NCBI GenBank assembly: GCA_030629005.1
Contig: DAOVPV010000007.1
Coordinates: 6,356-70,355 of the forward strand
Length of the DNA stretch: 64,000 bases
Direction: 5' to 3'
Origin: a bacterium
Lineage (GTDB): Bacteria > Babelota > Babeliae > Babelales > UASB340
Part shown: positions 22,376-32,682 of the stretch, piece after piece
Layout of the letters: each line of letters starts with the position of its first letter
Numbering within the stretch: the first letter of the stretch is position 1
Made by a program: the position numbers and the translations under genes
The notes under the pieces: generated by a model
Databases searched by the model: none
What the model saw: only the letters and a program-made list of their open reading frames with translations
Told to the model about the DNA's origin: nothing

Positions 22376-24106
22376 ATGAAAATATTTAAAACACTTTTAT
22401 GGTTTTCAACATCTATCTTGTTATTTACAAATACTTCTCCAATGCGTTTTTTTAAAAATAACACGTATACAAGTTTAAAAAAAACATTCAATAGCAATAA
22501 AAAACGAGAACAACTTACCTCATCTTTATTAGATAAATCTATAAAACAAGAAAATGAAATTCTATCTCAAAATAACATCCCAAAAGATGTAAGTTACATA
22601 AAAAAAGAATACATTACAGAACCATTGAAAATCATCGTTATTGGCGACGTACACGGTCAATTTGAAGCATCCGATTCAATTATCGAAGACTTAATAAGGC
22701 AAAAAGTTTTATCTAAAGACTTAAAAATTAATATTGGTTATCAAATAATTATTCTAGGTGATTTTGTAGATAGAGGACCAAAATCTTTAGAAATTTGTTT
22801 AACTTTTATGATGCTAAGAATGCTCAATGGTAACAAAGTTATAATACTAAGAGGCAATCATGAAGATATAGCTGTTTTTTCCAGGTATGGTTTTTCAGAA
22901 GAACTTTTTAATAAAATGTCTAGAGGAAACGTTGAATCCTTTCAAAATAAATTTGATACATACTTTAAAAAATTACCTACTGCTTACTTTATAAAAACAC
23001 AAAAAAATAAATTTCTTATGTTCAATCATGGAGGCTGGGAAGATATCCCAGCAACTCTAAACACCTTTTTAAGTTCAACAGAAACATTTTATGAAATTAA
23101 GAACGAAAAACTTGCTAAACAACTATTGTGGAACGATATAAATATAGATACAGAAAAATCTGAACAAATTATATCAGGCATAAGAGGTGACTACGACCTT
23201 AAAGAATATCCATGGCAACTCGTATTAAAAGAAATGAATAAATTAAACATAGAAGCAAAATTTATGGGACATATGCACCCAACAGCAGAAGAATGTTACC
23301 TTAAATATCATGGATATACAAAAAATAGCACCTTTCCAGGCTTTTATAGAACAACATTTTATCCATACTTTGAAAATGAATACTATAAACTCCCTAATAA
23401 TGCTATTTATGTGTTAATAAGTGGTCCAATTCAAGACATAGAATACCAACCATCATACCTAATAATAGATATTGATAATTCAGGAAACTATAAAATTTCA
23501 GGGTGCAGTTTAGCCAAAAAAGAAACCAAGCCCATCGCTCTACCAGATCGAAATGAAAATCTTAGTAGAGATCTAATTTTAATGAGATCAAAATTAAAAA
23601 AATTCATTGTGACGGAAGCCTTAAATAGTGGCAACAAACGTATTTACATAAATGCTATTGAACTTCTAAATGAATTAATAAAAAAGGGCTACAAAGAAAA
23701 TCTAGAAAATATAATAAATGGCACAAAAAACGGAATTACCAGTAAAGACCCAGATATTGTAACATCCACAAAAAATCTTTTAAAAACTATAAACCCTGAA
23801 TTTAAATATGATTGTGATTATGATTATGATTATAATTATACAATAAACGATAATGATAAAAAATTTACTAAAATAGAACATGAAAACAAAGTCATATTCA
23901 ATAATTTAATTTTCTCGGATACAACTCTTTCACACGGAAACATCATAAAATTAAGCAATGTCAAAATAAAACAAAACATAATAATCAAAAACTTCAATAT
24001 TCCACCTTGCTCATACGTAATATTTAAAAATGTCAAAATCCGCGGAAAAAAAATAAACGGCATATTTAAAAGTACACAAGCATTAAGAAGAAGAATTTTT
24101 CATTAA
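22376..24106 (+). CDS. PPP/calcineurin-like metallophosphatase with N-terminal signal peptide and C-terminal extension
   Basis: GDVHG, GDFVDRG, LRGNHE, HGG, LLWND, GH; hydrophobic N-terminus. Confidence 0.85.
   Translation: MKIFKTLLWFSTSILLFTNTSPMRFFKNNTYTSLKKTFNSNKKREQLTSSLLDKSIKQENEILSQNNIPKDVSYIKKEYITEPLKIIVIGDVHGQFEASDSIIEDLIRQKVLSKDLKINIGYQIIILGDFVDRGPKSLEICLTFMMLRMLNGNKVIILRGNHEDIAVFSRYGFSEELFNKMSRGNVESFQNKFDTYFKKLPTAYFIKTQKNKFLMFNHGGWEDIPATLNTFLSSTETFYEIKNEKLAKQLLWNDINIDTEKSEQIISGIRGDYDLKEYPWQLVLKEMNKLNIEAKFMGHMHPTAEECYLKYHGYTKNSTFPGFYRTTFYPYFENEYYKLPNNAIYVLISGPIQDIEYQPSYLIIDIDNSGNYKISGCSLAKKETKPIALPDRNENLSRDLILMRSKLKKFIVTEALNSGNKRIYINAIELLNELIKKGYKENLENIINGTKNGITSKDPDIVTSTKNLLKTINPEFKYDCDYDYDYNYTINDNDKKFTKIEHENKVIFNNLIFSDTTLSHGNIIKLSNVKIKQNIIIKNFNIPPCSYVIFKNVKIRGKKINGIFKSTQALRRRIFH
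23807..23839 (+). repeat. (TATGAT)n hexamer microsatellite encoding YDCDYDYDYNY
   Basis: TATGAT TGTGAT TATGAT TATGAT TATAAT TAT. Confidence 0.8.
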
Positions 24107-25402
24107 TTTTTCTATATCATCACAATTTTTTGGCAAATCAAAACTCAAACAAACAGCCCCATCTTCAACCATCAAAAAATCATCTTCTATTCTTATCCCT
24201 AAATTTTCATCTGGAATATACAATCCTGGCTCTATCGTAAAAATATCTCCTGGAGCTAATGGGTAAGTATTATCACCAACATCATGCACATCTAACCCTA
24301 AAAAATGTCCTATTCCATGTGCAAAATATTTAGACACATTGTAATCTTCTAAAAACTTAATTGCCAAATGATTTAAGGATTTTTCTGGCTCATTTTTATT
24401 ATTTAAAAACATTCCGGGTTTTGCTATAGATTCAACATAATTTTGTGCGGCCAAAACTATATTGTAAACTTCTCGTTGCCTTTCAGTAAATTCCCCCGTA
24501 ACAGGATATGTTCTTGTTATATCTGCAGCGTAATACCCATATTCGGCTCCAATATCAACAACAACCAAATCTCCTGGCTTTAATTCCTGATCTCTTTTTG
24601 TATAATGTAATACCGTTGTATTTTTACCTGTGGCAATAATACTAGGAAAAGCTGGTCGCAAAGCCCCTGTCTGTGTAAAAACTGATTCTACTATCGCTTG
24701 TACTTCATGCTCTATTCTACCTGGAGCAATTACTTTTGCTGCAGCATCATGAGCAATATTTGTTATTTGCACAGCCTTATAAATTGAATCTATTTCGACT
24801 TCAGACTTAAACCGGCGCATATGATGAACTAATGGAGCAATATCCCTTGTAATGTTTGCAATATCAGGATAAAAATCCATAAGATTTTTATACATATTAA
24901 TTTGAGTAAAATATCTCTGATTATTTTCTAAATCTAAAAATGTAAAAACTTCCCGATTTTCATGATTATTCAAAAAATTTTCAACATCAAATAAAAAATT
25001 AAAATATTTTTCTTTAGAAAAAATAGAATTAAACGAAAAACTGTTAACAGAAGCTCCCAAATATTTAATTTCATCAAACCCAAGTTTTTTTGCGAGTCCT
25101 TCAACATTATTATCTATTTTTATATCACTAGAAGTCCACCGCCCTCTAATTCCACCATAATTAGGTAAATACAAATATTGCCGGCCATCCAAAAAAAAGA
25201 CCAAAACGGCTCCCGGCTCATTTACACCGGTAAGATAGTAAAATGAACTTTCCTGTCTAAACACAAAACGCTCATCTTCAAAATCAGAAAAAATTATTAC
25301 TGCACCATTATCTAAGCTTGAATTTGCCTTTTTCAAAAAATCTATAATTTGCTCTCTTCTTGTTTTAAACAAAGAAAAATCAACGACAGATGTAAATGAC
25401 AT
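24083..25402 (-). CDS. pepP: Xaa-Pro aminopeptidase
   Basis: FRQESSFYYLTG, VDIGAEYGYYAADITRT, HGIGHFLGLDVHD, TIEPG, GIRIEDD. Confidence 0.95.
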   Translation of the reverse strand: MSFTSVVDFSLFKTRREQIIDFLKKANSSLDNGAVIIFSDFEDERFVFRQESSFYYLTGVNEPGAVLVFFLDGRQYLYLPNYGGIRGRWTSSDIKIDNNVEGLAKKLGFDEIKYLGASVNSFSFNSIFSKEKYFNFLFDVENFLNNHENREVFTFLDLENNQRYFTQINMYKNLMDFYPDIANITRDIAPLVHHMRRFKSEVEIDSIYKAVQITNIAHDAAAKVIAPGRIEHEVQAIVESVFTQTGALRPAFPSIIATGKNTTVLHYTKRDQELKPGDLVVVDIGAEYGYYAADITRTYPVTGEFTERQREVYNIVLAAQNYVESIAKPGMFLNNKNEPEKSLNHLAIKFLEDYNVSKYFAHGIGHFLGLDVHDVGDNTYPLAPGDIFTIEPGLYIPDENLGIRIEDDFLMVEDGAVCLSFDLPKNCDDIEKLMKNSSS

Positions 25403-25416
25403 AAAAAACCTTCCCC

Positions 25417-27783
25417 TTAAGTTTTACTAATAATAGCAGGACGCTTAAACTTTCTTGCAAATGAGCCTAATGAATCTAATCGCAAAAATAAAGTAAATGC
25501 TTTATCGCTTTTCCAATTCCCATATTCCTTATATCTTTTCTCTTCATATCCAATAGAAAACCCCCAGCAGTGACCATTATAATTTATTTTTATAGTATGT
25601 TGCAACGGTCTTAACCCTTCCAAGGGCAAAACCATAGACCGTTTTTTTGAGTAAAACTGCCCTTCATAAAATAACTTAGTATTTTTAACAAGCGGGATAC
25701 TTAACGACAAAATCAAAAAATTTGGGATATCGGAAAATAACTCTCTAACCCGCTGTAACTTACTATGCTGATAAACTGAAGATATATAAAAATCAAAATC
25801 TTTAAAATTAAATGCTAAATCTATTTGCGATGACAATAACTGCCAATTTTTCCAATCGTATTCTTGTTTTAAAAAAACATCTAAAACATCGCAATCAATA
25901 GTGATATCAAAATTTAATGGAGATAAATAACTTTGCCCAGGGCTCCTTGTTAAATAAAATCTATCCATACTCTTATAAAAATCAAAAGACTGATATAAAT
26001 TTAAATCTATATTTATTTTATCAATGGTCCAGCTATTTTTTAAATTAAATTGTATTTCATTCTTAGGATAAACCCTATCCCAAAGATCTGAATTATACCA
26101 ATGATCTTGTTTAAACTTTGGAATATAGTTCCATTTTAAAGTTGGCTGCAAATAATAATTATAAATATCATTATCTGCAAAAAACAATTCTGGCATAACC
26201 CATTCACTCCCGCCACTTAAAAAAAATCTATATGCACCTCCATTAAAAAAATCGCCTTCCAAAGCATTTCGCGAGTACTTCTCATTCTTATTTTTTATAT
26301 TTGTTCGCAATTGAAAATTTGGATTTAAAAAAACAAGTAAATCCTGCTCTTTGAATTTTATACTAGATAGCAACCCAAGATTATAGAAAAGCCTAAAACT
26401 ATCCGCCTTTTTAAATATTAAAAAGTCATTTTCTTTTATAACTCTAGAATCTAAATAAAACCTCTCCTGTTTCTTTTCTCTTGAAGTTACATGATCAATA
26501 AAAAAGTTATGTTTAACAAACAAATGCTTAAATATTTTTTTATTTACAGTATCTAAACTAAATTTGGGTAACAAAATAAGGTCAAATTTATCTTCAATCT
26601 CTTTTTGAGCATCATTGATATTGTCCCTGTCTTCTTCCGACATAATTAACAACAAATCTTGTTTTTCACCTGGCGATAACTCAACAAACTTACTTCTTCT
26701 TGTCTGACTACTATCAAAATAAAAATTAGAAATTTCAAATAAACCAAAAGTCCTTAACATCGCTGAATTTAAAAATGTATCATCAACATTTAAATAATTA
26801 TCATAAAACTGATACCCTATCTTTTTATCTGTTCCAAAATCTATTCTAGTAAGAAGTTTTAAATCTCTTCCATTTACCGAACGAATAAAACGAAAATCTT
26901 TACCATCTACCCAGTAGTGTCTATAAGTATCAAGTAAAATTCGATCTCTTTTTTTCACAAAAGCATTTTTTTCTAGTGCATACCTAGCATTAAACAAACT
27001 ATAAGACTCTTTGGATCTTGCCCACCTAAATTCATCTAATAATGCAAGTCCTTTTTTATCTCTCCAATCCAAACCGATTGTACTATCACACCTTGAAGCA
27101 ATAGACCAATAGAATTCTTGTCTCAAACCAAAACCCATATCATTATCATAAGAAATTTTAGGTATTAAAAAACCAGAAGAAGAACTCTTCTGCAATGGTA
27201 AAATCAAATACGGCAACATAAAAAATGGAATGGGGCCAATTTTAAACAAAGCTCCATTTATCTTTATAAGATAATTATTATACAAACGAGCTTTTTTTGC
27301 ACCAATCGACCAATGAGCCTCCTGACTGTCGCAAGGTGTAAAGATGACATCTTCTAACTTCCAGTTATAATCATCAATCTTTTGGGCCAATTTTGCACTT
27401 ATATAACCATCAACCAAGCTTATATTAACATTTTTTGCATGGCCAGTTTTATCCTGAATATTCAAAAAAAGTTCATCTGCTAGAAATACAAATGAGTCAT
27501 TTTCCAAAACAATTGCACCCGATTCCTTTTTTTTTGCAATTAAAGTTTTAGCATCTCTATCTATTTCTATAGAATCCGCCCATATATGCAATTTATTATT
27601 AATTAAAACTTCAACATTTCCAGCTAATAGAACATTTCCAGAGCCATCGATCTTTTGCGTAATACTATTAACCTTTATCACTTTCACAGAATCAACAATA
27701 TTTCTGACTAAAGGAAACAAAGAACTCTTATAAAAAAACAAAAATAAAAAAATAATTAAATTACGAAAAAATAGAAAACGCAT
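25417..27783 (-). CDS. lptD: LptD-like outer-membrane LPS-assembly protein
   Basis: Signal peptide, OstA-like N-domain, FTPC..HW, IPFFMLPY..P...SGFLIP, C-terminal CWGF. Confidence 0.7.
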   Translation of the reverse strand: MRFLFFRNLIIFLFLFFYKSSLFPLVRNIVDSVKVIKVNSITQKIDGSGNVLLAGNVEVLINNKLHIWADSIEIDRDAKTLIAKKKESGAIVLENDSFVFLADELFLNIQDKTGHAKNVNISLVDGYISAKLAQKIDDYNWKLEDVIFTPCDSQEAHWSIGAKKARLYNNYLIKINGALFKIGPIPFFMLPYLILPLQKSSSSGFLIPKISYDNDMGFGLRQEFYWSIASRCDSTIGLDWRDKKGLALLDEFRWARSKESYSLFNARYALEKNAFVKKRDRILLDTYRHYWVDGKDFRFIRSVNGRDLKLLTRIDFGTDKKIGYQFYDNYLNVDDTFLNSAMLRTFGLFEISNFYFDSSQTRRSKFVELSPGEKQDLLLIMSEEDRDNINDAQKEIEDKFDLILLPKFSLDTVNKKIFKHLFVKHNFFIDHVTSREKKQERFYLDSRVIKENDFLIFKKADSFRLFYNLGLLSSIKFKEQDLLVFLNPNFQLRTNIKNKNEKYSRNALEGDFFNGGAYRFFLSGGSEWVMPELFFADNDIYNYYLQPTLKWNYIPKFKQDHWYNSDLWDRVYPKNEIQFNLKNSWTIDKINIDLNLYQSFDFYKSMDRFYLTRSPGQSYLSPLNFDITIDCDVLDVFLKQEYDWKNWQLLSSQIDLAFNFKDFDFYISSVYQHSKLQRVRELFSDIPNFLILSLSIPLVKNTKLFYEGQFYSKKRSMVLPLEGLRPLQHTIKINYNGHCWGFSIGYEEKRYKEYGNWKSDKAFTLFLRLDSLGSFARKFKRPAIISKT

Positions 27784-27787
27784 ATCT

Positions 27788-28393
27788 CTAAAACGGTCTT
27801 CTCCCAGATAAAGCTTTATAAACAGTAACCCTATCCATATATTCCAAAGAAGATCCTATAGGAACCCCACTAGCCAACCTGGAAATTTTTATTTGCAGAT
27901 CAAGATTTGCCAACCGAGAAGAAATAAAACTTGCAGTTGCTTCTCCTTCAGGGGTAGAATTTGTAGCCAAAATAACTTCACTCACCGACTCATTGACTCT
28001 ACCAAACAAAGAATCAACATTCAAATCATCCGCACTAATACCATCTAAAGGACACAAAGAGCCCTCTAAAATATGGTAAACTCCATCATATCCACCTGCT
28101 CGCTCTATAGCCGCCAAATCATACCAAGTTTCAACGACACAAATAACAGACAAATCTCTTGCTTTAGAAGAACATATAGAACATAAATCCTTAGACTCTG
28201 TTAAATTAAAACAAATCGAACATTTTCTTATGTCCTTTTTCGCTTTTAAAATGGCATTAAATAGCAACACCACATCATTCTCTTTTTCTTGTAAAAAATA
28301 AAGAGCTACCCTGTAAATATTTTTAGATGCCAAGTATGGAACCCGCTGCAAAAGACGAATCGTTTTCTGCAATGCTGGTAAATCTTTAAACAT
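27788..28393 (-). CDS. recR: Recombination protein RecR
   Basis: CSICFN..CSIC, ICVVE, ATNSTPEGEATA, LASGVPIG.SLEY. Confidence 0.96.
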   Translation of the reverse strand: MFKDLPALQKTIRLLQRVPYLASKNIYRVALYFLQEKENDVVLLFNAILKAKKDIRKCSICFNLTESKDLCSICSSKARDLSVICVVETWYDLAAIERAGGYDGVYHILEGSLCPLDGISADDLNVDSLFGRVNESVSEVILATNSTPEGEATASFISSRLANLDLQIKISRLASGVPIGSSLEYMDRVTVYKALSGRRPF

Positions 28394-28401
28394 AAAAATC
28401 T

Positions 28402-29955
28402 CTAGTTAAAAAGCTTCTTTCTTAACAATTCTTCCCCTATAGTCAATATGTTATTTACCATCCAGTATAAAACAAGTCCTGCTGGGAATTTTATAAAAAT
28501 AGCAAGCATGACTAATGGCATAAAAAACATAATTGCCTTTTGTGATCCCATTTCCGTCTTAGTTAAAGACTGTTGTATAAACATAGTTGCAGCCATCAAA
28601 AGAGGTAAAACATAATACGGATCTTTTGCTGATAAATTTGTAATCCAACAACAAAACGGAGCTTGATACAATTCTATATAGTTAACGAGAATCCGATATA
28701 AAGCAAACATTATAGGCATTTGTATTAATAATGGTAAACAACCAGCAGTAAAATTTGTTACAGGTGATATACCATGATCCTTATGAAACTTCATAAGCTC
28801 AGCATTTAAAGTAACAGAATCTTTTTTATACTTCTGTCTAATTCTATTAATTGTAGGAGTATAACGCTGATACTCTTCCATTTTTCTTCTACCCGCAATA
28901 GATAATGGTAAAAATGGCAATTTTAAAACAATTGCCAAAACTATTATCGCTACTCCAAAATTATTAAACATCGAATATAAATATTCTAAAAGTTTCAATA
29001 ACAACTTACACAACCATGATAACCACCCAAAGTCCAAAACACCTTCAAGTCTACTATCAACAACAGAAATATCTTCTATCTTTTTAGGCCCCAAATAAAA
29101 GGATAATTTGATAGAAGTAGTCTCTGCTATCTCTTTACCCTCCAGCACAGTAAATAATTTATTATTTACTTCCTTAAAAAATCCCCTATTTACAAAATTT
29201 CCATTAACATCGCTTATAAATGAATGCACAAAATACTTATCTTGAGCCCCCAAAAGAGATGGAGCAACCCAAGCTTGAGATAAGTCTCTAGATGCAACCT
29301 TTTGAGTCGATTTATTATCTAAACTACCAACAATTCCAACTAAAGAATTATCATCAACTTCATTTACAAATGGAGCTGGAAAAAACAACCTAGGCCTTAT
29401 TGAAGTAGCCTTCGCCCCCTTTTCAAATTTAATTTTTAAATCAACTTTATAATTATGCTTATAAAAATTATAAATCTTTTTAATGTTCCACCCGGAAGCT
29501 TTTGTAGAATAGACAACACTAAGCTTATCATCATCTACAATACTTTTTTCAAATTTATAAAAATATGGAGTCATTTCTTCCAAAGCAAGTAAAAATGCAG
29601 CCTCTTCTCTAGAATAAAATCCCTTATTCTGAATAGTCTCTAATGGAATAGAATTCCTCCCCAAAAACTTCTTAAACTCCAATCCCGAAATAACGCCACC
29701 ATAATTTGAAAAAGACACCTTACAGAAATCAGTTTCAATTGATTTTTCTTCTTCTTTTTGTATGATTTTTTTATCTAAAAAATCGATTTCTAATTCAATC
29801 GGCCTTGCCAAATCTTCCATCAACGGAACAGTGTATCCCTGCCCTCTTTGAAGATTTTGCAAATTCTGCTGACTTGGATCCTTTTTACCAAAATAATTCA
29901 ATAACCAAAATGTGCTTATAGATAGCACAACTAAAAATAAAAGCTTTTTGTCCAT
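28402..29955 (-). CDS. yidC: Membrane protein insertase YidC
   Basis: DFGW, FGVAIIVL, GCLPLLIQMPI, DPYYVLP, PAGLVLYW; alternative start 29967. Confidence 0.96.
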   Translation of the reverse strand: MDKKLLFLVVLSISTFWLLNYFGKKDPSQQNLQNLQRGQGYTVPLMEDLARPIELEIDFLDKKIIQKEEEKSIETDFCKVSFSNYGGVISGLEFKKFLGRNSIPLETIQNKGFYSREEAAFLLALEEMTPYFYKFEKSIVDDDKLSVVYSTKASGWNIKKIYNFYKHNYKVDLKIKFEKGAKATSIRPRLFFPAPFVNEVDDNSLVGIVGSLDNKSTQKVASRDLSQAWVAPSLLGAQDKYFVHSFISDVNGNFVNRGFFKEVNNKLFTVLEGKEIAETTSIKLSFYLGPKKIEDISVVDSRLEGVLDFGWLSWLCKLLLKLLEYLYSMFNNFGVAIIVLAIVLKLPFLPLSIAGRRKMEEYQRYTPTINRIRQKYKKDSVTLNAELMKFHKDHGISPVTNFTAGCLPLLIQMPIMFALYRILVNYIELYQAPFCCWITNLSAKDPYYVLPLLMAATMFIQQSLTKTEMGSQKAIMFFMPLVMLAIFIKFPAGLVLYWMVNNILTIGEELLRKKLFN

Positions 29956-30137
29956 AAAATCCCGCATATTTATTAAAAATATTTACATAAAATATAAAAA
30001 GGAAACCATAAGCACGTATTCTAACAAAGAAAAATAAATTCGCCTAGTTTGAAAAAATATATTATTAAGTATAATTACGCTTATAGTTCGTAAATTATAA
30101 AAAATATATTTTAGATTTAAAAACCAAACTTTAAGAT

Positions 30138-31688
30138 ATGAAAATAAAAAAAATTCTAATAGCCAACAGATCAGAGGTTGCAAGCAGAGTCATTTTTGCA
30201 TGCAAATCCTTAAACATCAAAACTGTAGCCATATACTGCAAAGAAGATCGTAATTTAGCCTATAACTTTCAGGCCGATGAAAATCACGAACTATCAGGAT
30301 CCGGAGCAAATACTTACTTAAATCAAAATGAAATTATCAAGATTGCAAAAAAATTAAATGTTGATGCTATACACCCCGGCTACGGTTTTTTATCTGAAAA
30401 TTCAATTTTTGCAAAAAAGGTCATTGATACAGGCATAAAATGGATTGGACCTAATCCAGAAATAATTAAACTTATGGGTAATAAAATAAATGCAAGAAAC
30501 ATCATGCAAAAAAACAATGTACCTGTAATTCCAGCAGAATTTATTACACATTCGGAAGAAACATTTAATGTTAATGCAAAAATAAAAATTCTTAAAAACA
30601 TCGTAAACAAAATAGGCCTACCTGTAATACTAAAGGATCCCCTTGGTGGTGGCGGCAAAGGAATAAGAACAATTTTTAACGCCTCAGATTTAGCGAATAC
30701 ATTCAATACAATAAAATCCGAAAGCGCTAGACTTACAGGCTCAACCCAAATATTAGTAGAAAAATACATAAAAACAGCAAGACATATAGAAATCCAAATA
30801 GCTGGTGATGGCAAAAACTTTATACATATGTATGAAAGAGAATGTTCAACACAAAGACGGCACCAAAAAATTATCGAAGAAGCCCCTTGCATTTTTTTAA
30901 ACAAAAAGCTTTTAAATAAAATTTATAAAGCTGCAATAAAAGCTATCAGCGCAATAAAATACAATAGTATAGGAACCGTTGAATTTATAGTTACTCCAGA
31001 CAACAATTTTTATTTTCTAGAAATGAATACAAGGTTGCAAGTAGAACATTCTGTAACTGAAGAAACAACAGGAATTGACTTAGTTCTACTACAAATAGAC
31101 TTGGCACAAAACAAAAAATTAAAATTAAAACAGTCTGAAATAACACTAAAAAATCATGCCATCGAATGTCGAATATATGCGGAAGATACTAACAACAATT
31201 TTACGCCAAACACAGGAATAATTACAAACTTAGAAATCCCAAATATGCCGCGAACAAGAATAGATCACAATTTAGAGAAATTTCTCGAGATTACAGCAAA
31301 CTTTGATCCTATGCTTGCCAAAATCACATGTTCCGGACAAACCAGAGACATTGCAATAAAAAATACACTTACAGTTCTTAATCAAACTAAAATAGACGGA
31401 TTAAAAACAAACATCGACTTTCTAAAAAAACTATTGCAGACAAACGAGTTTGTTTCCGGACAAATTAATACTCAAACGGTAGAATCTGACTCTTTTAAAA
31501 AAAACATATTAAAAGACTGCAACAATAATAAATTGGAACAGTCTAAACTGGAACAGTCTAAACTGGAACAGTCCCAATTGGAACAAGCTGAAATAGCAGC
31601 AATCTTTTCTATATTTATAAAAGAACAAATAAACAAACAATTATTAACAAGAATTAGTAAAAATTGGGGGAAAAGATCATGGCAATAA
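30138..31688 (+). CDS. accC: Biotin carboxylase (acyl-CoA carboxylase alpha-like, N-terminal part)
   Basis: ILIANR, IHPGYGFLSEN, GGGGKG, RECSTQRRHQK, FLEMNTRLQVEH; contains a 7-aa repeat-derived insert. Confidence 0.93.
   Translation: MKIKKILIANRSEVASRVIFACKSLNIKTVAIYCKEDRNLAYNFQADENHELSGSGANTYLNQNEIIKIAKKLNVDAIHPGYGFLSENSIFAKKVIDTGIKWIGPNPEIIKLMGNKINARNIMQKNNVPVIPAEFITHSEETFNVNAKIKILKNIVNKIGLPVILKDPLGGGGKGIRTIFNASDLANTFNTIKSESARLTGSTQILVEKYIKTARHIEIQIAGDGKNFIHMYERECSTQRRHQKIIEEAPCIFLNKKLLNKIYKAAIKAISAIKYNSIGTVEFIVTPDNNFYFLEMNTRLQVEHSVTEETTGIDLVLLQIDLAQNKKLKLKQSEITLKNHAIECRIYAEDTNNNFTPNTGIITNLEIPNMPRTRIDHNLEKFLEITANFDPMLAKITCSGQTRDIAIKNTLTVLNQTKIDGLKTNIDFLKKLLQTNEFVSGQINTQTVESDSFKKNILKDCNNNKLEQSKLEQSKLEQSQLEQAEIAAIFSIFIKEQINKQLLTRISKNWGKRSWQ
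30552..30572 (+). repeat. 21-bp core element, in frame in accC (SEETFNV)
   Basis: TCGGAAGAAACATTTAATGTT. Confidence 0.95.
31530..31589 (+). repeat. 15-bp tandem repeat x4 encoding KLEQS x3 + QLEQA
   Basis: AAATTGGAACAGTCT AAACTGGAACAGTCT AAACTGGAACAGTCC CAATTGGAACAAGCT. Confidence 0.9.
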
Positions 31689-32308
31689 AAAGACTCTATA
31701 TTAATAACAACTTATATAAACTAGAAATAAAAAATTCTGATAAAAATAATTTTTTAATAACAATGAACAATAAAGAAGTTACAGTAATAAAAAAATCGGA
31801 AGAACACACCCAGTCTTCGCGCAAGGCTTCGACGGGTACGGCGAGTGTGGGAACATTTAATGTTAGCGAAGAAAATAATAATATTTTATTAGAAATAAAC
31901 GGCAAACTATATAAAGCAAAGAAAATTAAACAAACAAAATATTATACAGAAATTTACATCTATAATTTTAATACGTCTTTTAAAATACAAAATAAGCACA
32001 AATCAAAAATAATACCCGCAAGATTAGCTAATACTAATAATGTTTTTAAAAATAAATTATTTGCACCAATTCCAGGCAAAGTCATAACAGTTCACTGTAA
32101 ACCCAATGATTTTGTAAAAAAGAATCAAACACTCATTACAATAGAATCTATGAAGATGGAAAACGAAATAAAAGCATTCACGGACTGTTTTATAAAAAAC
32201 ATTCAAATTACCAAGCTCGATTTGGTAAGACAAGATGATGTGTTAATAATTTTTTCTAAAAAGGGAGAGAATAGCCGTGGAACAAAAAATAAAAATGGGC
32301 CAACGTAA
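31679..32308 (+). CDS. accB: Biotin carboxyl carrier protein with N-terminal BT-like domain
   Basis: APIPGKV...ESMKMENE biotinylation motif; overlaps accC end; contains a 23-aa repeat-derived insert. Confidence 0.88.
   Translation: MAIKRLYINNNLYKLEIKNSDKNNFLITMNNKEVTVIKKSEEHTQSSRKASTGTASVGTFNVSEENNNILLEINGKLYKAKKIKQTKYYTEIYIYNFNTSFKIQNKHKSKIIPARLANTNNVFKNKLFAPIPGKVITVHCKPNDFVKKNQTLITIESMKMENEIKAFTDCFIKNIQITKLDLVRQDDVLIIFSKKGENSRGTKNKNGPT
31796..31864 (+). repeat. 69-bp nested element, in frame in BCCP (SEEHTQSSRKASTGTASVGTFNV)
   Basis: TCGGAAGAACACAC-CCAGTCTTCGCGCAAGGCTTCGACGGGTACGGC-GAGTGTGGGAACATTTAATGTT; 2 mismatches to 55634-55702. Confidence 0.95.
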
Positions 32309-32678
32309 ATTTAGAATCGGTGAGCTAGCAGAACAATTAAATGTAAAAAAGTTTGTTATACGCTTTTGGGAAAAAGAGTTTGACCTAAAATCAGATCGAT
32401 CCGGCGGAGGACAAAGATTCTATTCTCAAGAAGACTTCGAAAAATTCACTTTAATAAAGAATCTTTTATACGTAAAAAAATTCACAATACCAGGAGCCAA
32501 AAATCAAATTCAAAGCTTAAATCATTCAAACAATATAACTCCTGCAATAAAGGAGCCGGAGCAAAATAATCCTCAAATACAAGAAGATTCCACAAATGAA
32601 TACAATGAAATATTCACAAAAATAAAACACCTCAAACAACAACTAGAAAACTTTGCTGCAAAATTAAACTTTAAATAA
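32277..32678 (+). CDS. MerR-family HTH transcriptional regulator
   Basis: FRIGELAEQLNVKKFVIRFWEKEF..RSGGGQRFYS. Confidence 0.9.
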   Translation: MEQKIKMGQRKFRIGELAEQLNVKKFVIRFWEKEFDLKSDRSGGGQRFYSQEDFEKFTLIKNLLYVKKFTIPGAKNQIQSLNHSNNITPAIKEPEQNNPQIQEDSTNEYNEIFTKIKHLKQQLENFAAKLNFK

Positions 32679-32682
32679 TCAA

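Noticed and set aside
26631-26640. TCGGAAGAAG on the minus strand in lptD (MSEED)
   Set aside because: Only 9 bp match and the palindromic right end is missing; likely chance.
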